A stretch of 64,000 nt of DNA from Myxococcota bacterium (GCA_040386535.1 JAZKFH010000006.1:44427-108426); one strand, 5' to 3'. Positions 8,547 to 17,966 are shown, counted from the first letter of the stretch. Numbers and translations: made by a program. The notes: generated by a model from the sequence alone, not told the origin.

Positions 8547-10399
8547 GCTTCCACCCGGCGCAACGACGCGGCGAACCCCGTCGCGACGCGGCAGGCGAGG
8601 ACGGTGTAGAGGAGGCCGGGCACGAGCACCTGCATCGCCATGTACCAGGGCGCGAAGAACAGGCGGAACAGGATGATGTGCATCCACAACCCGCACAGGG
8701 TCGTGCACACCGCGGCGCCGGCGAACCCGAACGAGAGCCGGGCCCAGCGCGCGGTGGGGGTGCCGTCGCGCCAGTCTTTTCTGCCGGAGACGCCGCCGGG
8801 GCCGCCGAGGAGGCCGCCGCGGGTCAGCCCGGCGAGCCATGCGAACGCCTCGCCGATGCCGATGGCGGTGCCGGTGTAGAGCAGATCGACGGGCGCGAAC
8901 GAGCCGGTGGTGAACCCGCGCAGGAACCAGCCGGTGAGGACGGCGAGGGTGAGCGTGCCGACACGCGGCAGGAGCGTGATCAGGGTGGCGAGGAGCGTGT
9001 AGCGGCCGAGGTCGGAGAGCAGGCCGGTGACCAGCGACGAGAGCGGGCCGAGCAGGGCGCCGACGCCCATGGCGATGAGATCCGCGGCGGTGCCGACGAG
9101 GAACAGGGCGCTGCCGAACAGCGCGATGGTCATCAGCTCGCTGGTGGCGGCGGCGTCGAGCCAGCCGCGCAGGCGCCGGATGGTGAGGCCGGCCCCGCCG
9201 ACAAAAGCGCCGAGCGACAGGGCGAAGCCGACGCTCGCGACGGCGTCGCCGCGGCGCACGTAGAGCGGGCGGGTGGTGGCGTGGAGCGGGGTGTCGCCGC
9301 CGATGGGGGTCACGGTGAGGCGGGCGTCGTAGGCGCCGGGGGTGACGACGGCGGTGTCGACGAACACGGGGAGCGCGGCGCGCGCGGTGCCGTGGGCGGG
9401 CACGCGGAGCAGGGCGGCGACGGTGCCGGTGTCGCCGTCGCCGGCGCGCAGGCGGGGGCGGAAGGCGGGGGCGGTGCCAGCGGGGTCGGGCGCGGCGGGG
9501 TCGTGGAGGGTGAGGGACACCTGGAGATCGACCGGGGTGTCGCCGTCATTGCGCAGGGTCACGCCCCACCACGCCCACGGGGCCACCTCGTCGCGGCGGC
9601 GCCCGCCGAGGCCGACCGCGCGGATGACGCGCTCCCACGCGGGCGAGGGCAGGCTGACACGCGAGGCGGGGCGGCCGAGATCGGGGGTGCCGTCGATCTC
9701 GGCGGGGAAGGCCTCGCCGGCGAGGGTGATCGTGGCGGCGAGCGTCGCGAGCGACACGGGCGCGGGGACGAGGGTGAAGGTGGCGTCGCCGACGGTGACG
9801 GTGACCGGGGTGTCGCGTACGCGGACGGCGCGGATGACGCGGGCGCCGAGGGTGGGGAGGGGCAGGGTGTCGGGGGTGAGGGGGACGGCGCCGGCGGAGG
9901 CACCGGTGAGGGCGCTGGTTCTGGTGGGGGCCGCGTGCACGTCGAAGCCGACGCCGTCGGGTTTTCCGGGACCCCCGGTCACGCCCACGAGCACTTCGGC
10001 GCTGCCGCCCTCCACGAGCGGCACGGCGAGCGTGCCCGTGGCGGCGACCCAGGCGGCGCCGGGCTGGGGCTGGACCTCGACGGTGACGGGGCGGCGGGGC
10101 GCGACGGTGAACGGGGCGGTGGTGTCCGTGTCGCCCACGGTCACGACGACGGTGTAGGCGCCGGGGTCGAGCGGGGCGAGCACGTCGAGGGTGGCGGTGG
10201 GCGCGGGCGGGGTGCGGCGAACGAGCGGGACGCCGGCGGCGGAGCGGACCTCGACGCGGGAGATGGGCGCGGAGGCCTCGACGCGGACGCCCGAGGGGGT
10301 GGGGGCGGCGGTGACGGTGAGGGGGGGTTGGGGGGCGCAGGCGGCGAGGAGGAGGAGGGCGAGGGTCGGGCGGACCGCGGTCGACCGATGCGGGACCAT
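8543..10399 (-). CDS. lipoprotein with large extracytoplasmic region fused to a C-terminal ECF S-component-like membrane domain
   Basis: Lipobox LLAAC, about 390 aa beta-rich soluble region, then about 7 hydrophobic segments including TSELMTIALFGSA; stop overlaps the ecfA start. Confidence 0.7.
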   Translation of the reverse strand: MVPHRSTAVRPTLALLLLAACAPQPPLTVTAAPTPSGVRVEASAPISRVEVRSAAGVPLVRRTPPAPTATLDVLAPLDPGAYTVVVTVGDTDTTAPFTVAPRRPVTVEVQPQPGAAWVAATGTLAVPLVEGGSAEVLVGVTGGPGKPDGVGFDVHAAPTRTSALTGASAGAVPLTPDTLPLPTLGARVIRAVRVRDTPVTVTVGDATFTLVPAPVSLATLAATITLAGEAFPAEIDGTPDLGRPASRVSLPSPAWERVIRAVGLGGRRRDEVAPWAWWGVTLRNDGDTPVDLQVSLTLHDPAAPDPAGTAPAFRPRLRAGDGDTGTVAALLRVPAHGTARAALPVFVDTAVVTPGAYDARLTVTPIGGDTPLHATTRPLYVRRGDAVASVGFALSLGAFVGGAGLTIRRLRGWLDAAATSELMTIALFGSALFLVGTAADLIAMGVGALLGPLSSLVTGLLSDLGRYTLLATLITLLPRVGTLTLAVLTGWFLRGFTTGSFAPVDLLYTGTAIGIGEAFAWLAGLTRGGLLGGPGGVSGRKDWRDGTPTARWARLSFGFAGAAVCTTLCGLWMHIILFRLFFAPWYMAMQVLVPGLLYTVLACRVATGFAASLRRVEA

Positions 10400-10525
10400 C
10401 GGGCGACTGCGGTCCGTTGGGGAGGACCGCAGTGGGGCGATGCGGGGGCATCGGCGGACTCCGGTCCGCGGGGGAGGACGGGAGTCGGCCGATGCGGGGG
10501 CATCGGCGGACTCCGGTCCGTGAGG
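10385..10525. repeat. tandem array, about 2.7 x 52 bp, two hairpins per unit
   Basis: CGATGCGGG..CATCGG..GACT.CGGTCCG units at about 10385, 10437, 10489. Confidence 0.75.
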
Positions 10526-10923
10526 CGGGGAGCGCGTGTGGGGCGGGTGGACGCAGGGTCGCCCGCCGGCACCCACCTCCGCGCCACCGCCCACCTCCGG
10601 CACACCGTACACCTCCCGCACACCGCCCACCTCCAGCGCTCCGCCCGCGCCAGGGGCGCGGAGGGCAGCCGCCTCGGGCGGCTGGTCCGGCCGGGCGGCC
10701 GGGCGCTCCAAACGCGGCCCGGGTGCCGCTCCGCCCGGCCGACCGAGCGGCTCCGCCGCGAGCCCGGAGCGGACCCGCCCCCCCCTCACGCCTCGCTTTG
10801 CGCTCGGCTCCGGGGGCGGGCTTTGGGGCCTACCCGGCTTGCCGCCGGGTGCGCTCGCAGCGCTCGCGCCGGCCCCTCCGCGACGGCTTCGCCGTCCGTC
10901 CGCGCGGGGGCGCCCTCCCGCCG

Positions 10924-11006
10924 GGTGACAAGTCGTAAGGTCAGACCCCACTACTGGATTCTCGGCGTTCGCCCGTTCCAGGTGATAAGTCGTAAGGTCA
11001 GACCCC
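10924..11006. repeat. direct repeat GGTGAyAAGTCGTAAGGTCAGACCCC x2 (REP-like)
   Basis: Copies at 10924 and 10981, 57 bp apart. Confidence 0.7.
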
Positions 11007-11010
11007 CTCC

Positions 11011-12489
11011 TCACCGGAAGACGGTGACGCGGTACGCGCCCTTCACCTGGCCGTCCGCGCCGTACGCGGACTCGGCCACGGCGACGCGGCCGTCGGGGCC
11101 CCAGACGGGGCGGAAGTACGCGGGGCCCTCGGTGGCGCAGCTGGTGACCAGCGCGCCGGTAGCCCGGTCGAACAGCAGCGCGCCGTACAGGTCCGTGCGG
11201 CTGTCGGTCGAGCGTTCGGCCGCCGCCACGAGCAACGTGCCACCGTCGGGGCTGGGCACCACGCCCTGGACCGCGTGTTCGCCCGACCACGACCACTTGG
11301 TCACGCCGTCCGCGCCGACCGCGTGCAGGGTGTGCTGCGCGGGGTGCGCGGCGGGGGGGCGGGCCATCGGATCGGCGCTGCCCCAGGGGATGTTGGTGGA
11401 GGTGGTGAGGAAGTAGGCGGTGTCGTCCACCACGGTGCCGAAGCCCACGCCGGACGCGATGGGGACGCCCTGGGAGAGCACGGGCACGCCGGGCGTGAGG
11501 GTGTGGAGCGGGGCGCCGGCGCCGTCGAAGAGGAACGCCCGCCCGTCACCCAGGCCCGCGAACGCGAGCGTGGGCGAGATGCCGGCCGCCTCCCACAAGA
11601 ACACGTCGGTGAACAGCGGCGCGAGGACCGGGAACCGCGCCTCCCACAGGGGCGTGAGCGTGGTCAGGTCGAGGGCGATCACGCCGCCCACGGGCAGATC
11701 GGCGGGGTCGGGGCCGTCCGCAGAGCGGCTCACGCTCACGAGCGCGCGATCGCCGTTGACCGCGGGGTGGAGCAGGATCGCGTCGGCTGGGCCCGCGGCG
11801 GGGAAGGCGCCGCGCCGGGTGCCGTCGGGGGCGTAGCGGTAGATGCGGCCGCGGTTGCGACGCACACCGTCGGCCGGGGTCCACCCGTGCGAGGCGGTGA
11901 CGAGCAGATCGCCGCCGGCGAGGAGCCGCAGCGCGAACACCGCGGGGAGCGAGTAGAGGCCGTAGACGTCGTCCCCGGGGGGCAACGCGCTGGTCTCCAG
12001 CTCGTCGGCGAAACGGGCGGCCCAGCGCGTGGTGAGCGTGGCGGAGTCGAGCGCGTACAGGTTCGCGTCGGGCGACTGTTCGCCCACGTAGAGCGTGCCG
12101 CCGTCGGGGCTCCACGCCACCTGCTTCACCGCGCCCTCGGCCAACTTCCGCTCGGCCCGCACGGCCCCGGTGGCGCCATTCACCACGCGGATCGAGCCGG
12201 CGTCGCTGCCGATGGCGAGCCACGCGCCGTCGGGCGAGAAGGCGAGCGCCGCGACGGGGGCCGGCGCGCCCATCGCCGCGAGGCGGTCCATGTCCTCGAG
12301 CTCCACGTGGAACAACGGGACACACTCGGGCAACAGCGGCGCCACCGTCTGGTGGACCGTCTCGCCCGGGCGCCACGCCTTCGCTTCGAACACACCGTCC
12401 TTCACGACGCCGCCGCGGACGAAGTGCACCTCGCCCGTGGACACCGGGGCCGGCGCACAGGCAAAAAAGAACAGCAGGGTCAACGTCAT
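11011..12489 (-). CDS. WD40/PQQ-like beta-propeller lipoprotein
   Basis: MTLTLLFFFAC lipobox; ALAFSPDG, VAWSPDG and PSPDG repeats. Confidence 0.85.
   Translation of the reverse strand: MTLTLLFFFACAPAPVSTGEVHFVRGGVVKDGVFEAKAWRPGETVHQTVAPLLPECVPLFHVELEDMDRLAAMGAPAPVAALAFSPDGAWLAIGSDAGSIRVVNGATGAVRAERKLAEGAVKQVAWSPDGGTLYVGEQSPDANLYALDSATLTTRWAARFADELETSALPPGDDVYGLYSLPAVFALRLLAGGDLLVTASHGWTPADGVRRNRGRIYRYAPDGTRRGAFPAAGPADAILLHPAVNGDRALVSVSRSADGPDPADLPVGGVIALDLTTLTPLWEARFPVLAPLFTDVFLWEAAGISPTLAFAGLGDGRAFLFDGAGAPLHTLTPGVPVLSQGVPIASGVGFGTVVDDTAYFLTTSTNIPWGSADPMARPPAAHPAQHTLHAVGADGVTKWSWSGEHAVQGVVPSPDGGTLLVAAAERSTDSRTDLYGALLFDRATGALVTSCATEGPAYFRPVWGPDGRVAVAESAYGADGQVKGAYRVTVFR
12299..12314. promoter_or_regulatory. 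second parS-like site (degenerate)
   Basis: Minus strand reads TGTTCCACGTGGAGCT, two mismatches from the palindrome. Confidence 0.4.
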
Positions 12490-12788
12490 TCCACCGCCCA
12501 TGCGTCGTAATAATCCGAGCAGGTGCCCCCCTCGACGAGGGCCCGCCGGTCGGCGCAGGTGTCGGCCTGGCCGAGCTCGCGGAGCTCCCACGAGAAGGTG
12601 TCGCACCAGTTGTCGTAGTCGGCCGCGCTCTCGTAGCCGACCGACGCCCCCCACGTGAGGCCGCCCTCCTCCAGGCACCCCTCGAAACGATCGCGCGCCG
12701 AGCTGCACATCTCGGCGCAGACGTCGGGCGCGGTGCAACCGCCGGGGAGCAGGGCGAAGAGGAGCACGAGGAGGGCGGCGCGGCTCAC
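12486..12788 (-). CDS. small Cys-rich lipoprotein
   Basis: LLPGGC lipobox plus six further Cys; start and stop both overlap neighbours by 4 bp. Confidence 0.75.
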   Translation of the reverse strand: MSRAALLVLLFALLPGGCTAPDVCAEMCSSARDRFEGCLEEGGLTWGASVGYESAADYDNWCDTFSWELRELGQADTCADRRALVEGGTCSDYYDAWAVE

Positions 12789-13966
12789 GGCGAGACGGCC
12801 AGCGAGTACGGAGGGAACGCCGTCGCGACCGGCGCGGTCGACGTGCACGTGGCCGGATCCCACGCCACGAGGCCCTCCACGACGGGATCGCCGTTGCCCG
12901 CGTACCCGGCGCGGTAGCTCACCCACACCTTGCCGTCGGGCGTCGTCACCGCGTCGCCGATGAACGAGTCCACCACGTCGGTCGGGGTGGCCGTCCACGT
13001 CGTGAGATCGAGGCAGTAGATGCCCCACGAGTACGCGTTGTCCCCGACGAGGATGGCCTTGCCACCGGCGCCACCGGCGATCGTGCCGATGTTGTAGCCG
13101 AACGCCTCCTCGGTCAGGTGCGGCGCGGAGATGGTGTCCGTGGCGGGATCGAAGGTGTACACGGCCCCGTCGAGCTTGGCGCTGTAGTCGGCGTTGTAGT
13201 AGTCGCCGGTGCGGAGCAGGTACTTGCCCGGCTCCACGGGGTGCGGCATCAGCCCGGGGTTGGGGCCCGTGGTCCACTCCCCGACCACCTCGAGCGTGTC
13301 ACAGCTCACGCGCACCACCGTGCCGGTGCCGTCCGCGCTGGTCCACGGGTAGTTGGACGTGTCGAGCTGGTTGAGCGTCACGAACAGGTCCCCGTCGATT
13401 CCGCGCAGGATCGCGTCGGCCTCGGGCGAGCCGTCGGCGTCGCTCCAGGCGGACAGGTCGATGGTGCCCCGCGCGAGGCCGGTGCCCGCGTCCCAGAGGC
13501 CCAGCGAGTCGGTCGCGAGCGTGGAGACGACGATCACGTCGCCGCAGAGGGCCGCGTCCTGAGGGTTGGTGCTGTCCCCGGTGCTGAACTCGACGAGCGG
13601 CGCCGACCAGTCGCCCGCCGCGTACATGCGGATCGTGTTCTCGGACGAGCGGTCGAGCAGGAACACGTAGTCGCCGTCGCTCTCGACGACGGGGTCGGAC
13701 GAGGTGGGCAGGATCGCGTCGGTCGCGACGCCGGCGGCGCTCACCGCGGCCAGCTGCCCGGTCGAGTAGTCGGACGCGACGGTGGCGACCACGAGGGTGT
13801 AGTCGCGGGGCACGTCGGTGTCGGTGTCCGTATCCGTGTCGGTGTCGGAATCCGTGTCCGTGTCGGTATCCGTGTCGGTGTCGGTGTCCGCGTCGGCGGC
13901 GGTGTCCCCGCCGGCGTCGTCGACCTTGGGCTCACACGCGAGGAGGAACAGGGCAATGAGGGTCAT
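12785..13966 (-). CDS. beta-propeller lipoprotein (YncE/BtuG-like, likely cobamide-binding) with a DT-repeat linker
   Basis: MTLIALFLLAC lipobox, (DT)n linker, NPQD and DADGSPEA motifs; directly after the TonB receptor. Confidence 0.7.
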   Translation of the reverse strand: MTLIALFLLACEPKVDDAGGDTAADADTDTDTDTDTDTDSDTDTDTDTDTDVPRDYTLVVATVASDYSTGQLAAVSAAGVATDAILPTSSDPVVESDGDYVFLLDRSSENTIRMYAAGDWSAPLVEFSTGDSTNPQDAALCGDVIVVSTLATDSLGLWDAGTGLARGTIDLSAWSDADGSPEADAILRGIDGDLFVTLNQLDTSNYPWTSADGTGTVVRVSCDTLEVVGEWTTGPNPGLMPHPVEPGKYLLRTGDYYNADYSAKLDGAVYTFDPATDTISAPHLTEEAFGYNIGTIAGGAGGKAILVGDNAYSWGIYCLDLTTWTATPTDVVDSFIGDAVTTPDGKVWVSYRAGYAGNGDPVVEGLVAWDPATCTSTAPVATAFPPYSLAVSP

Positions 13967-16062
13967 GGGGTGCTCCGTAGGGTGCCAGAATCGGTCGTGG
14001 CAGATTTGGTTCGGTCGGTCCAGGTCACCGCGATCATCACGGTGCGCCCGGGCAGGGGGTAGCCGGCAAAGTCGGTCAGGGGGCGGACGATCGTGGTGTC
14101 GTCGTCGTCCGAGAGGGGGTTGCGGTCCACAGCGGTGCCGCGCACGTCGAACGCGTTGAGCAGCTCGGCGCGCACGGTGGGGAGGCCGGGCACGGGGGTG
14201 ACATCCACCGCGAAGGAGTGCAGGTCCCGTGGCGCGGTGAAGCCGATGTTGGCGGTGTCGGTGTAGGTGAGGCCGGTGTAGGACCACGTGTGGGACAGGC
14301 CCACGAGCGAGGTGCCGCCGCGCCCGGGCAGGCGCACCGTCGTCTCCTGGTTCAGCTCGACGTCGGGGATGCCGGGCAGCGCCTTGTTTGCGTACGCCTC
14401 GTCGGGGAGCAGATTTCGTGTCAACGTCCACGTGACGTTGCTACGCGAGCTGACCCACGGCCCCACCGACAGCGCCAGCGCGCCCTCGGTGCTGCGCACG
14501 TAGGCCTCGCCCACGTTGACCGCGATGGACGTGAATTGGGAGTTCTGCACCCACGCGATGAGGTTGTGCACCCGGCGGCGCGAGTACGCCAGATCGACCG
14601 AGCCCTGCACGAGCCCCTCCCAGGGCGCCTCGGCGCGGAGGCCGAACTCCCAGGCCTCGCCGGTCTCCGCGGCCAGCTCGTGGTTGCCCTTGAGCGTGCC
14701 GTGGTCGCCGAACAGCTCGGTCAAATCGGGCGCGCGCAGGTACATCCCCGCGGTGCCCTTGAGCGCCAACCAGGGCCACGGGCGCACGAGCGCGCCGATG
14801 CGCGGGGTGGGCCACGCCTTCACCGTGGCGTCGGGCACGGGCACGCCCTCCCACGGCATCGTTCCGAGCGCGCGATCGTCGAGCACCTCGGCCTGGAGCG
14901 CCGGCGAGAGCGTGATCCGGTCGCGCCACAGCCGCACGTCCGCGCCGACAGCGGCCAGCCCTCCGTTTCGGAGCCGCTCGCCGTCGCCCTGGTCCAACAG
15001 AAGGTCGTAAGGCGCGTAGCGCTCGTGCCGGGCGCGCAGGACCGCCGTGCCCGTCACCCACGGCGCCGGCCCCCAGACAAAACTCGTCTGGGCCCCCACG
15101 GTGTGCGACTGGTCGCGCGTGTGTTGGCTCCCGGTCCCGATCTCACCCGCGCGGTCGTCCAACGTCTCCTGCCGCGCCAGCCACCACGCTTGCGGGATCA
15201 CGCGCACCGTCGGCCCCGGCGTCAGATCCGCCGTCGCGGTGAGCAGATTGCGCAGCCCCCCGATGTTCGCCTGGGTGGCGCCCGACGAGATCGGCCCCGG
15301 CAGCTCCTGGTGGCTGCCCACGAAGCTGTCCAACAGCGTGAAGCGGGCGTTCGGCGGGCCGAAGCGCACGCGGCCGAGCAAACTCGCGCGGTCGATCGCG
15401 TTGTTCACGCGGGTGAGCGTGCGGTCGTCGAGCAGGTTGTACTCGGTGCCCTGGTCGTCGAAGTAGCGGAAGTCGCCTTCGGTGTGGAGCTGGTCGACCG
15501 CGAGGAGCGTGTCCACCGCGCCGCTCCCTTCCCCGACCCGCGGCGCCACCGTCGCGGAGACCCCGACCGTGCCGAACGATCCGAAGCGCACGCCGCCGGA
15601 CGTCGGCACGTCGCCGGTGGGCGTCACGAGGTTGAGCACCCCGCCGATCGCGCCCGAGCCGAACGCGACCGGCGCGAGCCCGCGGTACAGATCGACCCGC
15701 GAGAACGCGCTGACCGGCAGCTCGGAGAGGTTCACCGCGGCCGCCCCGTCGGGGTTGAGCGGCACGCCGTCCAGGTAGATCTCGACCTGCCGGAACGTCG
15801 ATCCCCGCAGGCTCACCGCCGCGAAGTCCCCCAGGCCGCCCAGCCGCCGCACCGTGGTCCCCGACGCCGTGTCGACCACCGACGCGAGGTCCTGCCCCGG
15901 CGCAAGCTCCGGTCCCAGCGGCAATACCGTGAGCGACGCGGCCGTGCTGCCCGGCTGCGGCCCACGCGACGGCGCCACGGTCAGCTCCTCACCCGCCACG
16001 GCGGCGGGCACGACGCCGGTGAGGGCGACGAGGAGGGCGGTGGTGGCGGGGAATAGGAGCAG
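13963..16062 (-). CDS. TonB-dependent receptor, BtuB-like cobalamin importer
   Basis: Plug motifs SLRGS, IYLDGVPLN and GAIGGVLNLVT; C-terminal GYPLPGRT; riboswitch upstream. Start assigned to CTG 16062; the track start is GTG 16011. Confidence 0.88.
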   Translation of the reverse strand: MLLFPATTALLVALTGVVPAAVAGEELTVAPSRGPQPGSTAASLTVLPLGPELAPGQDLASVVDTASGTTVRRLGGLGDFAAVSLRGSTFRQVEIYLDGVPLNPDGAAAVNLSELPVSAFSRVDLYRGLAPVAFGSGAIGGVLNLVTPTGDVPTSGGVRFGSFGTVGVSATVAPRVGEGSGAVDTLLAVDQLHTEGDFRYFDDQGTEYNLLDDRTLTRVNNAIDRASLLGRVRFGPPNARFTLLDSFVGSHQELPGPISSGATQANIGGLRNLLTATADLTPGPTVRVIPQAWWLARQETLDDRAGEIGTGSQHTRDQSHTVGAQTSFVWGPAPWVTGTAVLRARHERYAPYDLLLDQGDGERLRNGGLAAVGADVRLWRDRITLSPALQAEVLDDRALGTMPWEGVPVPDATVKAWPTPRIGALVRPWPWLALKGTAGMYLRAPDLTELFGDHGTLKGNHELAAETGEAWEFGLRAEAPWEGLVQGSVDLAYSRRRVHNLIAWVQNSQFTSIAVNVGEAYVRSTEGALALSVGPWVSSRSNVTWTLTRNLLPDEAYANKALPGIPDVELNQETTVRLPGRGGTSLVGLSHTWSYTGLTYTDTANIGFTAPRDLHSFAVDVTPVPGLPTVRAELLNAFDVRGTAVDRNPLSDDDDTTIVRPLTDFAGYPLPGRTVMIAVTWTDRTKSATTDSGTLRSTP

Positions 16063-16162
16063 TTCGGGCCTCCCGTCAACGGGGGGAGGAGCGAACGCAC
16101 GCCCAATCTCAACGAAAAAGAACGTACGCCGAGCCCTTCATCCCCGAAAGACGGCGTGCGTG

Positions 16163-16338
16163 ACGTACAGGCCGGTCTCCTGACTTCCCGGATCGACCGC
16201 CCCTCCGCGCCTTCCCACCCCCTCCTGACGGCGGGGAGCAGTGGCGATTTGCGGAGGAGCGTCCTCGGTTACAGTGGCGGGGGCCGTGCCGGTCTACACC
16301 GGACTTCCCGTTTCACCCCTCGCGGGGCACCTGGACGT
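16163..16338 (-). ncRNA. cobalamin (B12) riboswitch
   Basis: Minus strand has AGGTG...AAACGGGAAGTCCGGTG...CCGGCACGGCCCCCGCCACTGTAA...GCCACTG...TGGGAAGGC...AGTCAGGAGACCGGCCT (B12 box). Confidence 0.95.
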
Positions 16339-16603
16339 CGTTGAGCTGGGAAAGAGCCCGGCCCGTGTACTCGGGTGCGGTCGGGGCTGTCAAGCGATGG
16401 ATGCGACGGGGAGGGCACGATCGCGTGGTTCGGTAGGGCGCCCCGGGTCCGCGCGGACGCGGCCGCGTCGGTCCCCTCCAGTCGAGCGGCGGGGCCGCTC
16501 GGTCCCGCCGAGGCGGCGGGGACCGGCCGCCCGAGGCGGGCGGCCGACTTGCGGGCACCTGGCGCGGGGGGGGCGCGTTGGCGCGTTGGCGTGCTTGTGG
16601 GCG

Positions 16604-16972
16604 TCAGCGCCTCGTCGCGCTCCCGCTGCGGGGGAGGCGCACCGTCGCTCCCGTTCGGGTCCCGGCGCCGGACCGGAAGCTCGCGTCCATACATCCAGGC
16701 CGCGCGCGGATGTCACGCCAGTAGGCCTCGCGGGCGTCCTCGTCGATGGCGACCACCGCGCCGTAGAGAGTGTCCGTGCCGTCGCGCTGGGGCCCGCTGA
16801 TCCAGCACGTTTCGCCCGCCTCGTTGACACAGTTGTACTTGTAGCCGTCGGACACCTTGGTGAAGAGGTGGCCGCCGTATCGGTAGGAGCGTGACGTCCG
16901 GGTCATCTCCACCCATCCGATACGGGGTTCGCCTTCCCCGCCTTTTTCTTCGATGTACATGATGCGGCGCAT
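16604..16972 (-). CDS. conserved small hypothetical protein (RIMYIE...RIG.V...WISG..DG.D.LY family)
   Basis: Recognisable small-protein family motif; ATG at 16972. Confidence 0.75.
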   Translation of the reverse strand: MRRIMYIEEKGGEGEPRIGWVEMTRTSRSYRYGGHLFTKVSDGYKYNCVNEAGETCWISGPQRDGTDTLYGAVVAIDEDAREAYWRDIRARPGCMDASFRSGAGTRTGATVRLPRSGSATRR

Positions 16973-16977
16973 GGAGA

Positions 16978-17709
16978 TCACCCTCCGCCCGGCCGGCGGC
17001 GACCGCCCACGTAGGTGATGACATCAGGGGTCGACAGGGCCTCGTCGAGGACGGTGGCCGTGTACGGCAGCCGGGCAGCCTCCAACAGATATTGCACCGT
17101 AGGCAGGCTTCCCCCACGCACCGCCATCCCGACCAACCTGGTCGTCCGACACCCTCGCGCAATCGCCTCTGCCACGAGGTCCGTTCTCCCCGCCTTCGCG
17201 AGCAGCTCCGGAAGGGTGGCGCTCTGCGCAGAGGTCGGCGCATCGACTCCGTATCGTAGCATCCAGGCGTCGATCTCGGCTGGGTTTCCGTGCCGGGCAA
17301 GCTCCAACTCCGGAACCACAAGCTCCGGTGGCGGTAACCAGAGCCTCGCCAGGAACGCGTCCAGATCCGGGTCGATGAGCTCCATCTCGTCGGGCGTCGC
17401 GCCCCACTTCATTTCTGGCGTCCAGCGGAATACCCCTCTTCCAACCAGCGAGAGCACGTAGACCTCCCCACTGACCCGTCCGACCGCGAGCAGGCCCTCC
17501 GTAAGGCTCACGGGAGACGCGCGCAGTCGTTCCAGCACCTCTCGCGGTTGCCAAAATATCAGTTCGGAGGTCGATCCATCCCGCTCACGAAACAAGCGGG
17601 AGTCTCCCAGGGTCGGGAACGAACGCAGCAACTCCACGTACTTCATCGGAAGGCCCGGGACGCTCCCTGAGAGTTCCGCAATGTCGTCGTCGAGCGCAGC
17701 CATGGTCAT
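16978..17709 (-). CDS. SMI1/KNR4 (SUKH)-like immunity protein with ankyrin-like C-terminus
   Basis: LPMKYVELL, LLAVG...YVLSL.GRGVFRW and DLDAFLARL pattern; AVRGGSLPTVQYLLE ankyrin-like segment; lower GC. Confidence 0.6.
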   Translation of the reverse strand: MTMAALDDDIAELSGSVPGLPMKYVELLRSFPTLGDSRLFRERDGSTSELIFWQPREVLERLRASPVSLTEGLLAVGRVSGEVYVLSLVGRGVFRWTPEMKWGATPDEMELIDPDLDAFLARLWLPPPELVVPELELARHGNPAEIDAWMLRYGVDAPTSAQSATLPELLAKAGRTDLVAEAIARGCRTTRLVGMAVRGGSLPTVQYLLEAARLPYTATVLDEALSTPDVITYVGGRRRPGGG

Positions 17710-17767
17710 CCCGGCAGAGGTGGGGAGGGTAACCCTCCGGCGGGCAAGGACGCGGCTCCCCACCGCT

Positions 17768-17942
17768 CGCGTCATCTTGGGGGGTAGATACTTTATCTGA
17801 GGCCCGAGATGACGCGTTTTGGGCTCGCCGGCGTCATCCTGGGGGGGAGATACCCGTATCTGGGGCCCGAGATGACGCGTTTTGGGCCCCACACGCGTCA
17901 TCTTGGAGGGGAGATACTCTATCTGGGGGCCAAGATGACGCG
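17768..17942. repeat. 3 palindromic units, period about 63 bp (REP/BIME-like)
   Basis: GCGTCATCyTGG...AGATA..TATCT...CCrAGATGACGC at about 17769, 17831, 17895. Confidence 0.85.
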
Positions 17943-17966
17943 GCGGGGGCGTCGTGTCTGGGGACT

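Noticed and set aside
13815..13895. GTGTCG/GTATCC hexamer repeat as a DNA element
   Set aside because: It encodes the Asp-Thr linker of the lipoprotein.
16604..16972. DXP synthase label that I recall being attached to this small family
   Set aside because: At 122 aa with no ThDP motif it cannot be Dxs.
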